Assembly (NCBI RefSeq): GCF_006345805.1
Contig: NC_043002.1
Location: 72,044,001 to 72,108,000, forward strand
Length of the DNA stretch: 64,000 nt
DNA from: Octopus sinensis
Lineage: Eukaryota
Direction of reading: 5' to 3'
A program made the translations under genes and the position numbers. Position 1 is the first letter of the stretch. Each line of letters begins with the position of its first letter. A model generated the notes under the pieces. It did no database searches and was not told the DNA's origin. It saw only the letters and a list, made by a program, of their open reading frames with translations. This document shows, piece after piece, positions 1 to 13,699 of this stretch.

Positions 1-329
1 TAATTAAATTATTGTGTTTAACAAAAGAGAAAATTGAAACATTTACTGTAAAAAGCAACTCATATTTTTTCTTCGGCAAGTTAAAGTCATTAATGTATCT
101 AATCGAAAGTTTAGAGTTTCTTCCCTTTCAGGGTTAAGTTATTTTCGGAGTATTTTCCCATTATGCACCGTTTTGGGTATTAATAACCCCTAAATACCCA
201 ATATTTTAAGAACCACTGGTCCGATTTACACGAAATTTGAAATATTCCGTTTGTATTCATATTTCAGTAGGACTTTAATTCATAGTACTATTCTATTATA
301 CGCCGGTGTAACATTGCAAGCCAGCAAGA

Positions 330-410
<81 letters not shown>

Positions 411-414
<4 letters not shown>

Positions 415-489
415 AATATAAATTAGAGATAAAACCACTATTATGCAACTCAAACAGTGATAGACATAAACCAATACATAAATAACTAA

Positions 490-532
<43 letters not shown>

Positions 533-660
533 TTTAATTCATTACTTATAACTAGATCTCAAAAACTATAAAATGAATGATAAAAATATAATATTGGTTA
601 TTTATGTCTATCACTGTTTGAGTTGCATAATAGTGGATTAATCTCTAATTTATATTTTAT
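411..660. repeat. Inverted repeat (about 70-bp arms) embedded in (TA)n; a further copy of the arm lies at about 30428-30485
   Basis: ATAAAATATAAATTAGAGATAAAACCACTATTATGCAACTCAAACAGTGATAGACATAAA (411-470) is the near reverse complement of 592-660. Confidence 0.85.
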
Positions 661-729
661 ATATTTATACTGTGAAATTTGATTTGTACTAAATTGAATT
701 TTTCCCTGTAAGTTTGGAGTTTTACTCCC

Positions 730-761
<32 letters not shown>

Positions 762-1257
762 GGTGAAGGAGTGGCTGTGGGGTAAGATGCTTGCTTCCCT
801 ATCACAAACGAGGCAAGAAGTTATCCAAGGATTGTGCCGAAGGCGAGTCCAAGGGTTTGTGTGAATGATATATGTGTGTATGTATTAGACGTCACTGATT
901 GGTTGAAATTGCAGAAATTGAAGAAGAAAAAAAACAAATATCTTACAAACTATAAAATTTTCTCAATAAAGCCAAGAGAAAAAGATTTTTTATAAACACA
1001 TTCTACCAGTATACGAAGTTTAAAATTTTTTAGTTACCTAGAAATTATGTAAAAAAACTGCCGTTCAAACCGAAAAGATCCAATCTCTCTATTGATAGCG
1101 GACCGAATAAGTATAATCTACGTAGAGCTCTAACTCATACAGTAGTATTCATACATCCAACTGTTCTTACAAGATATATATGTATATGTATATAGATATG
1201 CATATGGAGGCGCGCACACACAAACAGTACGCAAACACACACACACACATATATACA

Positions 1258-1467
1258 TGCTGAGAAGTTTCTGGCTTTAAATATATCGCACAAGAACTGG
1301 CTGGAGGACCAACCTTCCGAGTTTTTTTACAGAGCTTAGAAACACTGAAGACCCGCTGTAGTAATTGTGTGAACCTGAGAGGGGAATATATTGAATATAA
1401 TCATTATTAACTGATCCCCCTCTGTCTTGTGTTTTCCTTAGCACAGAAACCTTTCAGCACCACCTCG
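1258..1467 (+). mobile_element. Mariner-type MITE, left TIR truncated
   Basis: Starts TGCTGAGAAGTTTCTGGC and ends GAAACCTTTCAGCACCACCTCG+TA. An opposite-orientation relative lies at about 49140-49357. Confidence 0.65.
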
Positions 1468-2685
1468 TACACTTGTGTATGTCTACACGCGTGCGTTGTG
1501 CATCACATTATAGTTATATTCTAAGTACATATATATATGCTATAGTTCACTCACACACATTCAACAAATTTTACATCGTATAAAGAAGAACCTTTAAAAT
1601 AACAAAATCTCTCTTTGTCGCTATCACCGTTTATCTTTTTTTTTTTACCTTTTCTTTTACTTTTCTTCGACAAATAGGTGTTAGATGAACTATTTGATAC
1701 AAATAGATACAATTTCATACAAAATTAATTATATTTATTTTGTGATAAACGGTTTAATGATAAAGAGTTGAATAAATTTCATTATATCTTTTGTATTATT
1801 CAAAAGTTTCTAGTGATTAAATTATATTTGTTTTACTTTAATATAAATATTTTCAGAAATGTAAATATGACTACCAGACCGAGTCAATATAGAATTATAA
1901 GTCTTTATAATGTTACTATATAACATTAACACAATTTATTTTTTTTTATTGGGGCCATTGTTACTAATTGACTTTATATTATTGTATTATAAGAGGTATG
2001 GCTTCTGGGATATGAGATTAAGCCAAGAGCCATCATAACGAGTCAATATAGACATACATCGTAATTATAAACCATAATGTAGCAATATTAATTTCTAACA
2101 TTGACACAAATTCTAAAATTTGAAATATGAGTTGCGACCTTGTGGCATTTGAACTCAGTATGCTAACGTTTATAATTTATGGAGTAAAAGTGATATCTAA
2201 TATAAACGTAAGATCTAAGTGTGGAGTGTGAGTACAGATGATTAAAGGATAAGAATATTTGACTGATACTTAACTTTATCGATCTCGAAAGGATGAAGGG
2301 TGAAGCCAACCCGAGGAAACATTTGCCAAATGTGCGGTACACGGGAATCGAACACGAAACCTGGTTGCTGTAGCTTCAAAATGAAATGCTTATCCGGTTA
2401 CTATAATATGAGATTATTTCTGTTGTTATTCTCAAGAAAATTTCGTCAACGCTGGTGAACTGGTGGTATGGTTTCTCAATCTTGCTCAGCCAAACTTCCT
2501 TCCATATTATTCAACAGCTTGTGCAAATACTGGTTTCGAATTGTGACACAAGGCCAGCAATTTTGAAGGATCGGATAAGGCAAAGTCGGACCAGGACTTA
2601 AGACATAAACTCGAAACAAATGCTGATAAACATTTTGTCTAGCGCGGTAACGATTCTGCCATCTTTCCGGTTTAGATTGTGTGAA

Positions 2686-2918
2686 TTCTTTTACTTGTTT
2701 CAGTCATTTGACAGCGGCCATGCTGGAGCACCGCTTTGAAGGGTTTTAGTCGAAGAAATCGACCCCTGGATTTATTCTTTGTAAGTCTAGTACTTATTCT
2801 ATCGGTGTCTTTTGCCGAACTGCTAAGTTACGGTGACGTAAACACACCAACATTTTTTGTCAAGCGATGGTAAGGGTACAAACACATACACGAAGACACA
2901 CATACATAACCACATCTT

Positions 2919-3003
<85 letters not shown>

Positions 3004-3140
3004 CGAAAGGCTTCTCTTCAGTTTCTGTCTACAAAATCTACTCACAATATTTTGGTCGACCCGACGCTAAGATAGGAGAAATCTGCTCAAGGTTCCACGC
3101 AGTGGGACTGAACACTGTTTCGTGTGATTGCGAAGCAAAG
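2686..3140 (-). mobile_element. tRNA-derived SINE, family A (octopus-type)
   Basis: Reverse complement of the shared body GGTTCAGTCCCACTGCGTGG...GAAACTGAAAGAAGCCC...microsatellite...AATGACTGAAACAAGTAAAA seen in many copies here. Confidence 0.85.
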
Positions 3141-3199
3141 GAAAACTTAAAACATTTGTCATAAATTCTAAGATAGCATTTTCATTACAATATTCACTT

Positions 3200-3760
3200 A
3201 AGGTCGATAAATAAGTACCAGTTCAACTCTGGGGGTCAACGTAATTGACTTAGCCCCTCCCCCAAAATTGCTGGCCTTGTGCCTAATTTTGAAACCATTA
3301 TCATTATTATACGCCGTGTGTAAGGCAGCGAGCTGGCAGAATCGTTAGCACGCCGGGCGAAATTCCAAACGGTATTTTGTTTGTCTTTACATTCTGAGTT
3401 CAAATTCTGCCGAGGTCGTCTTTGCTTTTCATCCTCTCAAGGTTGATAAATTAAGTACCAGCTGCGTACTGGGGTTGATCTAATCGACTGGTTCCCTCCC
3501 CCAAAATTTGGGGTTTTGTGCCTAGAGTAGAACAGATTATTATACGTTGGGTGTAAGGCGGCGAGCTGGCAGATTCGTTAGCACGCCGGGCGAAGTGCTT
3601 AGCGGTATTTCGCCTGTCGCTACGTTCTTAGTTCAAATTTCGCCGAGGTTGACTCTGCCTTTCATCCTTTCGAGATTGATAAATTAAGTACCAGTTGCGA
3701 TCTAATCGACTGGCTCCCTCTCTAAAGATTTCGAGCCTTATGCCTAGAACAGAAAAGATT
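3200..3760 (+). mobile_element. Three head-to-tail copies of SINE family B
   Basis: GTAAGGCGGCGAGCTGGCAGAATCGTTAGCACGCCGGGCG...GAGTTCAAATTC (B-box-like)...GGCCTTGTGCCTA. Copies at about 3200-3300 (3' part only), 3321-3542 and 3553-3760. Confidence 0.85.
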
Positions 3761-4299
3761 ATTATTTTTATTGTCATTCGCTGGTGACCAAGGTGGACAT
3801 GTTTGTGACTCCCTCACTCCTTGTAGCAAACGATTTTACAACATGGAATCGTGTTCTATTTAACTTACTTGCTCATAGAAAGCTTTGGAAAATTTCTGTT
3901 CGTTTTCTTTTTTAGGTAAATTTCATTTCTTCATCACGTTATCTACATAGAGAAATGGCTATAAAAATTCAAGCAAAACTTCCTCCTCCCAACCTCCAAA
4001 AGAAATTTGACAGTGAGCAAAGTAACACCGATTATAAACAGAGAAACTACAAAAAATGTGGTTTAATTGCACAACAAAATACTAATATTGAATGCGTAAA
4101 GGAAATACTGTTTTAACAACCAAAGATGTCAGTCTCAATACTGCCAAAGGAGATAAAATGTCAGCAAGAATGACACTAACAATTACATATATACTTTGTC
4201 AAGCAAAGATACTTCCTCTATTATGCATAGTTCTTTTGATAGCAAACTAAGCAGCATGGAATAAATGAATATGGAAGTGGCATTATGATGGAGACAGGT

Positions 4300-5330
4300 G
4301 CGTTTCTCGGAAAATTATAACTAGATACAGGGGCGATCGAAGTAAGAGCACTATCTGCCAGGGTCTCTTAAAAAGTAGTGGTGGGATTTTAATGTCTTAA
4401 AACAACAGCTGAGTGAAAGCATGTCAGATGTATTAATGTGCCTTGAAAGTCACAGGCTCAGCTCGGAGCTGTATCTTGAACAGAGACAATAACGGAACTA
4501 CTGTATCATTTTTGAGCCTAGAAACAAAACCCCAGAACTGAGAGAGCCTTTCAGACACGCTCATCAATAAAATTGTACCCCAGAATATGGGACAGAAAAA
4601 TAGAAGGCTGGTGATCCCTTGGCTTATTGCCACATCTATATCACAATTTGAATGGCTGTAAAGTGCAGGAAGTAGAAGAGGAGGAGTCAGAATGGATAAG
4701 AAGTCCTAATGAACGCTGAAAACCACAGAGATGGATCAGTATTGAACCCTTTCGGAACACAGAAAACGAAGAGCTACAGGGCATAAAGACTAAATGCTAC
4801 ACTTTTTTTTTCAAGAATCGTATAACGGCCTTCATCTGTGGAGATATGCGGAAATTGAAAAGAAAGGTGGTAAAGACCAACACAGGCAGTAACATGTGTA
4901 GCAGACCCCAGTCTCCAGTGAACAACGGTCCAGAGTTCTGGAGATGGCTGAGGAGATTATATTGTCTCGGATCTCGGAAACCAGTGACCAGATGCTCCAA
5001 ATCTCTACTATTATCAGGTATGTAATTCCATACTCTTGTCACGAGAATAGGAGATAAAAGAAACCTGAACAAGACGTTGGAGAAAGCCTGGTGGCCGAAA
5101 AGTGGATGTCCCCACAACAGGGCGAAGTTAGTAAATGAAAGACAGAAAGCACGAGAAATTGTATCCACCACAGGGACAGATTCATGGGTTACACTGGCAT
5201 AGAAGTGACTAGCGCGGATGTGAGAGCCACATATTTACAGGTGACTGATATATTCAACAGCGAAGTATTCTGGAAAGAAAGTTTACAAAAAGATGAGAAA
5301 AAGACAATAATTAGTAATTAGATAGTAATT
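4300..5330 (-). pseudogene. Highly degenerate CR1/Jockey-clade LINE reverse transcriptase relic
   Basis: Frame-shifted motifs in the expected order: LVTRVWNYIPDNSRD, SSAISRTLDR (~ALDISKAFDR), VPKGSIL (~VPQGSIL), LGFCF..QK, LLSLFKIQLR (~LLxLYKAQIRP). Confidence 0.55.
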
Positions 5331-5586
5331 AGCCTGTAAAAGAAGCTACACGCAAAGTTATTGGTATTTTTGTGACACAACCAACCCAAACCCTGTTTAA
5401 CATTTTATTCGATATCAGTGGCCAGTCAGCAAGACTCACAGTATCAAAGATGTTATATATGTAAAGGTACATAGTAGATATATGATATATATATATAAAC
5501 CTACAGACTAGACACAAACATGACAAATTTACCATTTTATACGTATATATATGTGTGTGTGTGGTGTGTTTATATACATGTATGTA

Positions 5587-5657
<71 letters not shown>

Positions 5658-5660
<3 letters not shown>

Positions 5661-6047
5661 CGTAGCTGTGTGGTAATAAGCTTGCTTCCCAATTACATAA
5701 TTACATGGTTATGGGTTCAGTACTACTACGTGACACCTTGGGCAGGTGTCTTCTAATATAGCCTTGGAGGCCGACCGAAGCTACGTGAGTGGATTTCGTA
5801 AAGGGAAACTGAAAGAAGCCTGTCGTATATATATATATATATATGTATGTATGAATATATGTGTCTTCTCCATCAACGCTTGACAATAGGTGTTGGTGTG
5901 TTTACGTCCTCATACCTTAGAGGTACGACAAACAATATTGACTGAATAAACACCAAGCTTTAAAAAGTATTATGGTTGATTCGTTCGATTAAAAATGCTT
6001 CAAGGTGGTGCCCTAACATGGCCACGGTCTAATAGCTGAAACAAGTG
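5658..6047 (+). mobile_element. SINE family A
   Basis: Head GCTGTGTGGTAATAAGCTTGCTTCCC...GGGTTCAGT, the shared body, and tail GCTGAAACAAGT. Confidence 0.85.
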
Positions 6048-6055
6048 AATGTATG

Positions 6056-6096
<41 letters not shown>

Positions 6097-6246
6097 ACAT
6101 ATATATGTATGTATATGTATGTATATATATGTGTATATACATCTATGTGGGGGGTGTATGTGTATGTATTTATATATATATATGTATACATATATTTGTA
6201 TATATATGTATATATACATCTGTGGGTGTGTGTGTATGTGTATGTA

Positions 6247-6295
<49 letters not shown>

Positions 6296-7621
6296 TTATA
6301 TATATATATGTGTATATACATCTATGTGGGTGTGCGTGTATGTGAATGTATTTATATAAATATATATATGTGTGTGTGTGTGTGTGTATATATATAATGT
6401 GGGTGTATGTATGTATATAAATAAATATATATATAAGTATATATATATGTGTGTGTGTGTGAGAGTGTGTGCGTGTGTGTATGTATATATAGATATAGAA
6501 AACATGTGAGATCGACTTTTACTAAGTACATTCCCAACAAACCTTCCTATGATACAAACGGATGACCTTATACTATTGAAAGAAATCGTTAATCGTTATT
6601 GCTGTTAGGATGAACATTCTTTTCAATGATTTCTTCAATTCATCGACGACTTTAAAAGAAAATAAAATAAAAATAAAAAAAAACAGCACAAAAATTTAAG
6701 TTTTAATATTTTTCACTCTGTTTTTTATTGCATTTCGTTTCTTGTTCCATATAACTTTTATTGATTTACCTCGAACTGAACAGTGTTTAGTTTTCACGAA
6801 TTGTTTATTTTACCATCTAAACTTTTTTTCTTCTTCCACTTATTTATTTTATAATTGTTTCCTTTTCCATTCACATTGATTATTTATTCGTGTATACGCA
6901 TTTTCTTTTCTTTTCCTTTTCTTCTTTCTTCTATTTCGGCTTTACTATTCTTATTCTTATTCTTCTTCTTTTTCTTCTTCTTATTATTATTATTTCAATT
7001 GAATATTCTCCTTATTGATTGGAATATGTGTTTATTTACATAGTGGCATGAAAATGTGGCTATAATGATTTTTTACATTTCCTTGTAGTTCCAGCTTTAT
7101 ATTTTTTTTCCTTTCTTATTTCAAGAAGTTGTCACTTCCTCTCTCTCAGTTATAGCCAAAGTCACATGGTGTGTCCTGTCGAGCTGCTGTGTATATTACT
7201 TTCAGATTAATCAGTGATTCGCAGACGCTGCTCTTAAGTAGAATAACAAAACAAACGTAATTATGTATAAGTCAGTATGCATCAAAAGAAACCTATATAC
7301 GGAAACGTTGTGGTTTTACAATCAAAACTGATTAAGTAAAACGTAAAAAAAAAACATCAATATTATCAACTGAATTCTAGAGTTATAAAAAATGGTATTA
7401 TCTGGATGATATTTAAACTTATCCATATTATTGTTTATTTATTCCAATTGTTTTTTTAAGCGGTTTTTCCTTTTAATTTGACGGAAATCTTGTTACTTCC
7501 ACTTTTACATTTATTTAACTGCCACCAAAACATATCGGTTTTTTTTTTTTTTGCCCGTTTATCATATTCTGCTTTATAAAAGAAGTTCGTTCCTACACAA
7601 TTCTTCAATGTTAGAAAAACT

Positions 7622-7842
7622 TAAGGCGGCGAGCTGGCAGAATCGTTGGCGCTGCCGGGCAAGATGCTTAGCAACATTTCCCCTGTCTTTATGTTCTGAG
7701 TTCAAATTCCGCCGAGGTCGACTTTGCTTTTCATCCTTTCAGGGTCGATAAAATAAGTTCCAGTTGAGCCCTAAGGTCAATGAAATCAACTTACCCACTC
7801 ACCCGAAATTTCTGGCCTTGTACCAAAATCTGAAACCAAATA
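7622..7842 (+). mobile_element. SINE family B
   Basis: TAAGGCGGCGAGCTGGCAGAATCGTTGG...TGAGTTCAAATTCCGCCGAGGTCGAC...GGCCTTGTACC. Confidence 0.85.
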
Positions 7843-7930
7843 TTAAATTAAACTTGGAGAGTAGCTTGAAGAATCAATAGAGCGCTGAACACAATGTCAT
7901 GTGTTTCTGGGAAAGTTGGCTAGCCTTTTT

Positions 7931-8285
7931 CGTCGTGTAGTAAGTAGCTTGCCAACCAACTACATGGTTCCTGGTTCAGTCCCACTGCGTGGCACTTTGG
8001 GAAGGTGTCTTCTACTATAGCCTCGGGCCGACCAAAGCCTTGTGAGTGGATTTAGCAGACGGAAACTGAAAGAAGCCCGTCGTATATATATGTATATGTA
8101 TATATGTGTGTGTGTTTGGGCGTCTGTGTTTGTACTCCCAACATCGCTTGACAACCGATGCTAGTGTGTTTACGTCCCCGTAACTTTGCGATTCGGCTTA
8201 CAAAGAATAAGTCCTGGGGTTGATTTGCTTGACTAAATGCGGTGCTCCAGCATGGCTGCAGCCAATAACTGGAACAAGTAAAAGA
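7931..8285 (+). mobile_element. SINE family A with an unoccupied AAGTAGCTTGC target site
   Basis: TAGTAAGTAGCTTGCCAACCAACTACATGGTTCCTGGTTCAGTCCCACTGCGTGG... Confidence 0.88.
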
Positions 8286-9644
8286 TAGTAAAGAGGGATA
8301 GACAGTATTGCAGAGGTTATAACTTAACCACCTCTGCTGTTCCTGGGATGCTTCCAAAAGCAAGCGCCTAGTCCCAAGTACACTAGCCACCTCTTCACTC
8401 ATGAATAATTCACGAAGGAAATACAAGTCAATACATCTGCAGTATCCACGAAACCACAGGGGATGTGAAATATTGGTCAATCCTAAACATACGTATATGC
8501 TTAAGGGAACCTCCCGCCAGATTTTCTATTGGGATTTATTTGCTTATCCTTTTCTAAATTACCCCAGGAGGCAGTAGCGGTTTATTATTGTAGTGAGTAC
8601 GAAAGTGGCAAGCTGAAAGAATAGTTATTGCACCGGACCAAATATGCTTGGCGGCATTTTCTCCGGCTTTGTTTTGAATTCAAATGTCGCCGAGGACGAC
8701 TTTGCCTTTCATCCTTTCGGGCTTGAGTAAATAAGTGCCAGTCAAGCACAGGGGTTGAAGTTCCCTCACGCCAAATTTCAGGACTTGTGCTTATCGTATT
8801 ATCATAGTGGACATGGTTTGTTCAGAGCGAACCCCACTCTCTCGTCCTTCAAACGTGTATTGGTCTGCTGCAAGTGTGCCTCGAGCCGTATAGTTATCAG
8901 AATGCAATGTTTGTATTGAGTTATCTTCTCATAGATGAGCAGCTAAAGAGTTGAAGGGACTCATCTGCTCTCAGTCCGTTGGGGTATTTTGGAGTGGCAT
9001 TATTATCGAGGCTGTCCTTTTGGGGTCGATAAATTAAGTATTAGTTGTGTACTTGGGTTGATCTAATCGACTGTCCCCCTCCCCCCGAATTTCAGGCCTT
9101 GTGCCTATAGCAGAAAGTATTATTCCCCAGGCAGTGGAGGAGTGTTGTCGATAAAATAAGCGCCAGTCAAACTACTGGACGAGATGTCAAGGACTCTAAC
9201 TTCTCACAAAATGCACAACTATGTAACTATGCTAGGTAAACTATGTTAGAAATGAATACAATAAATATCGAACGATAAAATTCGAAAATGGGATATCAAA
9301 AACGCACACTTAATATTGCATCACAGAAACACTATATTAGTATAGGTATTATGTGAATTACTAATCTACTAGCATTGGCCGTGAATTCATTTCAAGTAAC
9401 GTTCGTGGCAATCAGCAATACGAATGTATCCGTATATGTTGTAATATGAAGCTGCACAATACGAGCTGTGTAGCTTGTTGAAACACTCAGGTAGAACCTT
9501 GCTTAAAGTAAAGGTACCTGTTTACAACTGGCTACATAGTATTTGCAGTGTCAATAAAGAGATAGACTATATCGATTCTTTGGCAAATGGGTCGATATTT
9601 TTCGGCTAGTCTAGCTGCAACTTCAAAGTAAATACTCTGTGGAT

Positions 9645-9769
9645 GTCGGAATCGGTTGAGTGATCTAAGAGGACAGACTGAAAGCATATATGTCGTATCT
9701 TAGGCAGACCATTCGATAGTCTGTTCTGTTCCACGAATTTGGGCATGGGTTCGAGTCCTGCTTCTGTCA
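9645..9769 (+). pseudogene. Intron-containing tRNA-Leu(CAA)-like pseudogene
   Basis: GTCGGAATCGGTTGAGTGATCTAAGAGGACAGACTGAAAG [~40 nt] TTCTG...GGGCATGGGTTCGAGTCCTGCTTCTGTCA aligns to eukaryotic tRNA-Leu(CAA) (GTCAGGATGGCCGAGTGGTCTAAGGCGCCAGACTCAAG...GGTTCGAATCCCACTTCTGACA). The acceptor stem and anticodon are damaged. Confidence 0.7.
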
Positions 9770-11524
9770 TAAATCTTTGATGTCAGTACCTCAGTATAGC
9801 CACAACCTACTAACTGGAAATAATAAAAGTGTAAATGTTTAACCAATAAAGCATCCCTATTGAAATTTTTCTCTCAGATTATATTTCTATAATTATATTC
9901 TCTAACGTGTCCTTTATTTTCTTAGATGGTAGGGTGTGATTTGAAGGAGAATTTGTCTAGTATTCTTAGCGACCACATAGATATTCACTCTTGAATAATG
10001 CCGTTAGCTATTGGCGTAACACAAATGAAAATATATTTTTGATATCTTCTGACATCACTCCTCTGACAACAGACAGTCATCTAATACCAAGAATTCCCTT
10101 ATTGCATCCTACACACACACCACATGAGGCCTCATCATTGCATAGTAATGTCAATAAACAATATTTCAGTTAATGAACTAATTCGTTCTTTCGAATTATT
10201 GGGAAGTTTGTTTCCTTTTTAATTATACTTCGTTTTTTGTTTGTTTTTCTTTTTATATATTTAGTGGGGATCTTGCTTTTCATGTACAAAGCCACAGGAT
10301 TCTGCTTAACGACTACTTTCTACATATTATTAGCTTAATATAACAGCAACAATCCTGAAAAATTTCATTTCGATATGTTTACAGTCCGCAAGAGACAATT
10401 TGCATATAATTAGTAACCACCTCTAGAGCGAACATTTGATGCACTTCCGGCAAATATCAACATGCCGTCAATGCGTAACACTTAAGTTTGCTAAGGGAGA
10501 ACAAAATACCGCACAGTGGATTCAAAAGGAAATAGTTTCTTCTTTCTATTTAATGGTAGTATTCTGTGTTCTGCTAATTGTCACCTTGAGAATTCACAAT
10601 TAATTACTAGCTCAAACGCTTTCGTTTGTTTCTCCGAATGCTACAATGTCTTAATTTCATAGCTTTAACTGTATCATCCCCATGAGATATGCATTCGTTC
10701 TGCTATTTAGTCTATGATACTGAATTTATGACGATAAACTATTATCGTATCAAGTTATATCAGATTAATTTGACAGTGCCTCTCACACACTAGTTTCTTT
10801 TCGTTTAATCCCTTGATTTGTGTCACATGATCTACAAGCCTCATCCTATGTCTTATCATTACTTGATTTAGTTTTCCTTAAATAAAATGGTCTGCAGACC
10901 ACTTTGTAGTTTCCAGAAATACTTCCAGTATTATCCTGTTCCAGAGCTTCCCTCGCTATGAAAATGATTTCTTCATTTGTGATTGCTCTAATTCTTCCAA
11001 GAATTATATTTATGATCCATTTGATGTACTCACGGCATGGTTTCGGTTTTCACCTAGACCAATTTCCCATTTTATTCTGAAAGAACTAGATGAAACTTGA
11101 CAGTAACACATCTCACTGAAATTAGAATGACCGATATGCAAATGAGATTGTTGTTTTTCTTTACTACATAATAGTTCAGGTGTTTTTTTATGAGGTTGTA
11201 GCAAAAAGGTACAAGATTTGGTAATTCTCATTTTTTTTTAAATGGCACTTGCGGCATAAATGAAGAAAGGCAATTAGAAGAGGTTATCAAAATCTGAGCA
11301 CGACCCCTTACATGTTTGTTATTAGGTAAATTTAATTGCAATAATTGGATCTTCAAACGCTAAACAAATACACCTGAAATCAAAACTGTGTTGTTGGTAA
11401 ATGCACAAAATCAGGCATTTTTGTAATACTTGCAAATATGTTATGTATTTCCAATGAATTATTAACCATTTCAAAGCATATACATCAAAGAGAACCAGTA
11501 TCTTGTTAGAGCTGAAATCATATA

Positions 11525-12079
11525 TTGGGTTGTCCGGAAAGTTCGTTCCGATTTTTAAATGAAAGAAAAAGGTCAATAAATACTCCCCATTACATTCTTA
11601 ATCAGCCAAATATGAACAATTTTGTTGCACAATGCGTCTCCATCTTCCCTTTAACTTGAAAATACCCTCATCCCAGGATTGAGGTGGTTTCATGGCAATG
11701 AATTCATCAAGGTATCTTTTTAAGTCATCCAAGGAATTGAAATGTTTACCATTAAGACTATTCTGCAGAGACCTGAATAAATGGAAATCCGAACGAGCAA
11801 TATCTGGTTAATATAGAGGGTGGGGTAACACATCCCAGCCGAGCTGCAGCAATTTTTGTCTGGTTTCCAAAGCATCAAGTGCCGAAAATGAACTTTCTGA
11901 TCTTCCATTTTAAAGGGTTACAGAATTAACACAGGTTATAAGAATATAAACCTTCTTCCACGAAAAGATAGCTCTAAATGAAGGTGTAGTCAAATCCTAT
12001 TTTATGGATTCCACTATGTTCTAAAATAAGTCGAAAGATAAGCTACTATAAATCGGCACGAACTTTCCGGACAACCCAA
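11525..12079 (-). mobile_element. Internally deleted mariner (DD34D-type) element with complete TIRs
   Basis: TA|TTGGGTTGTCCGGAAAGTTCG...CGAACTTTCCGGACAACCCAA|TA. The minus strand encodes a transposase C-terminus (PDIARSDFHLFRSLQNSLNGK). Confidence 0.92.
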
Positions 12080-12611
12080 TATTTTGTAACATTGACTAAA
12101 ATGCGAAGTATATTTTGATAGATCAGCGGGTCAAAAAAATGACACCAGGATTTGCATCGTGCGGATGGACGTGTTTCATTATCTTAGTTAACCCAGTTTC
12201 TATTAGTTGTTTGTTTATTTTCGAAAAGGGTGGAGTAGCAATTTTCCTTTGTAACTACTCAATCAAAGAGTGTCAACATTCATCAAATTCTCAGTAAAAA
12301 AGAGGTATTATAAGCGGCAAAATAAAAGGGAAAATTAGATTGATATCTAGATTCATTTCGAAACTACGCCAAGATTCTAATGAATCGTAAATTATAGGTA
12401 TCTAAACACTCATACACACTTATTACATTTTAAAGTCACTGTCATCCGTTTCCATGTAATAATTTAATTAACATGTACTCTTCTAAAATACATTGAATAC
12501 TCCAGTTTAAATCTAAATTATTTTTCGTATAATAACTTGACATGAAAGCAAATGCCTCATGTCCGATGACCGATGACTGAAACCGGTAAAAGATAAACGA
12601 TATATATGTGT

Positions 12612-12669
<58 letters not shown>

Positions 12670-12863
12670 CATTTGTAGGAAAAAATCAGGAGAACAAGTA
12701 CACTTTAATAGGTAGAACACTTAATATTTATTATGGGAGAGGCCGGTTTGCGAGGTTACCCTAGGTTTCCCGTCCAAAAAGGGTTTGGCCTTACGGCGTA
12801 TCATCGGAGTCCAAACCTGCTGGCCTACATATATAAGTATACACTCACACACATATATATTTG

Positions 12864-12912
<49 letters not shown>

Positions 12913-13108
12913 GTATATGTATGTATATATATGTATATGTATGTATGTATATATATATGTATATATATGTATGTATACATATATAATATAAATAGTATAT
13001 ATATGCATATATGCACACAGACATGTACATGCCTACATATATATGTATATATACATGCATATATGTGTACAGAGTGTCAAAATAAAAAACATGAACAAAA
13101 TGAGATGC

Positions 13109-13404
13109 TGAGACCCCTTCGGTCATAACTCACCATTGGATTGCACCTAGAAAGTTTCCCTCCCAGGCACAAGTCCGGGCAAGGTTATTTAAGGAAGACC
13201 AGCAGTCGCCCATGCATACCGGCCTCCCCTCTCCACGCCACCAGTGTTATCCAAAGGAAAGATACAACTTGGCTGACTAAACTGGAGCAATGTGAAATAA
13301 AGTGTCTAGCTCAAGAACACAACACGCAGCCCGGTCCGGAATTCGAACTCACAACCTCACGATCGTAAGCTCGACGCTCTAACCCCTGAGCCAGGCGCCA
13401 TCAC
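13109..13404 (-). mobile_element. tRNA-derived SINE, family C
   Basis: Minus strand GGCGCCTGGCTCAGGGGTTAGAGC (A box)...GAGTTCGAATTCC (B box), followed by GTGTTCTTGAGCTAGACACTTTATTTCACATTGCTCC. Confidence 0.8.
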
Positions 13405-13664
13405 AAAAATGAGAACAAAATGAGAAACGAGAACATAAAAAACAAAAGCATGGAAAACGAACTTTTTTTCGAACAACGAAAGAAACAGAGAAACGAGATG
13501 GGCAATATAAACATATGCCCACGGATACTACGGACTACAGTGCAACCATTCCAGGAATACGGAAATAAGATTTGTGGAAACGCGCATAGTGATGCATCAA
13601 ATATTTATAACTCCATCCTAGGATCATTATTATTATTATTATTATTGTTATTATTATTATAGTT

Positions 13665-13699
<35 letters not shown>

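Noticed and set aside
1640-1780. Possible terminal exon (polypyrimidine tract + AG, VLDELFDTNRYNFIQN*, downstream AATAAA)
   Set aside because: Only 16 codons, no recognisable homology, and such signals are common in AT-rich DNA.
10750-11300. Possible RTE endonuclease-RT linker relic on the minus strand
   Set aside because: Too degenerate, with no diagnostic motif.
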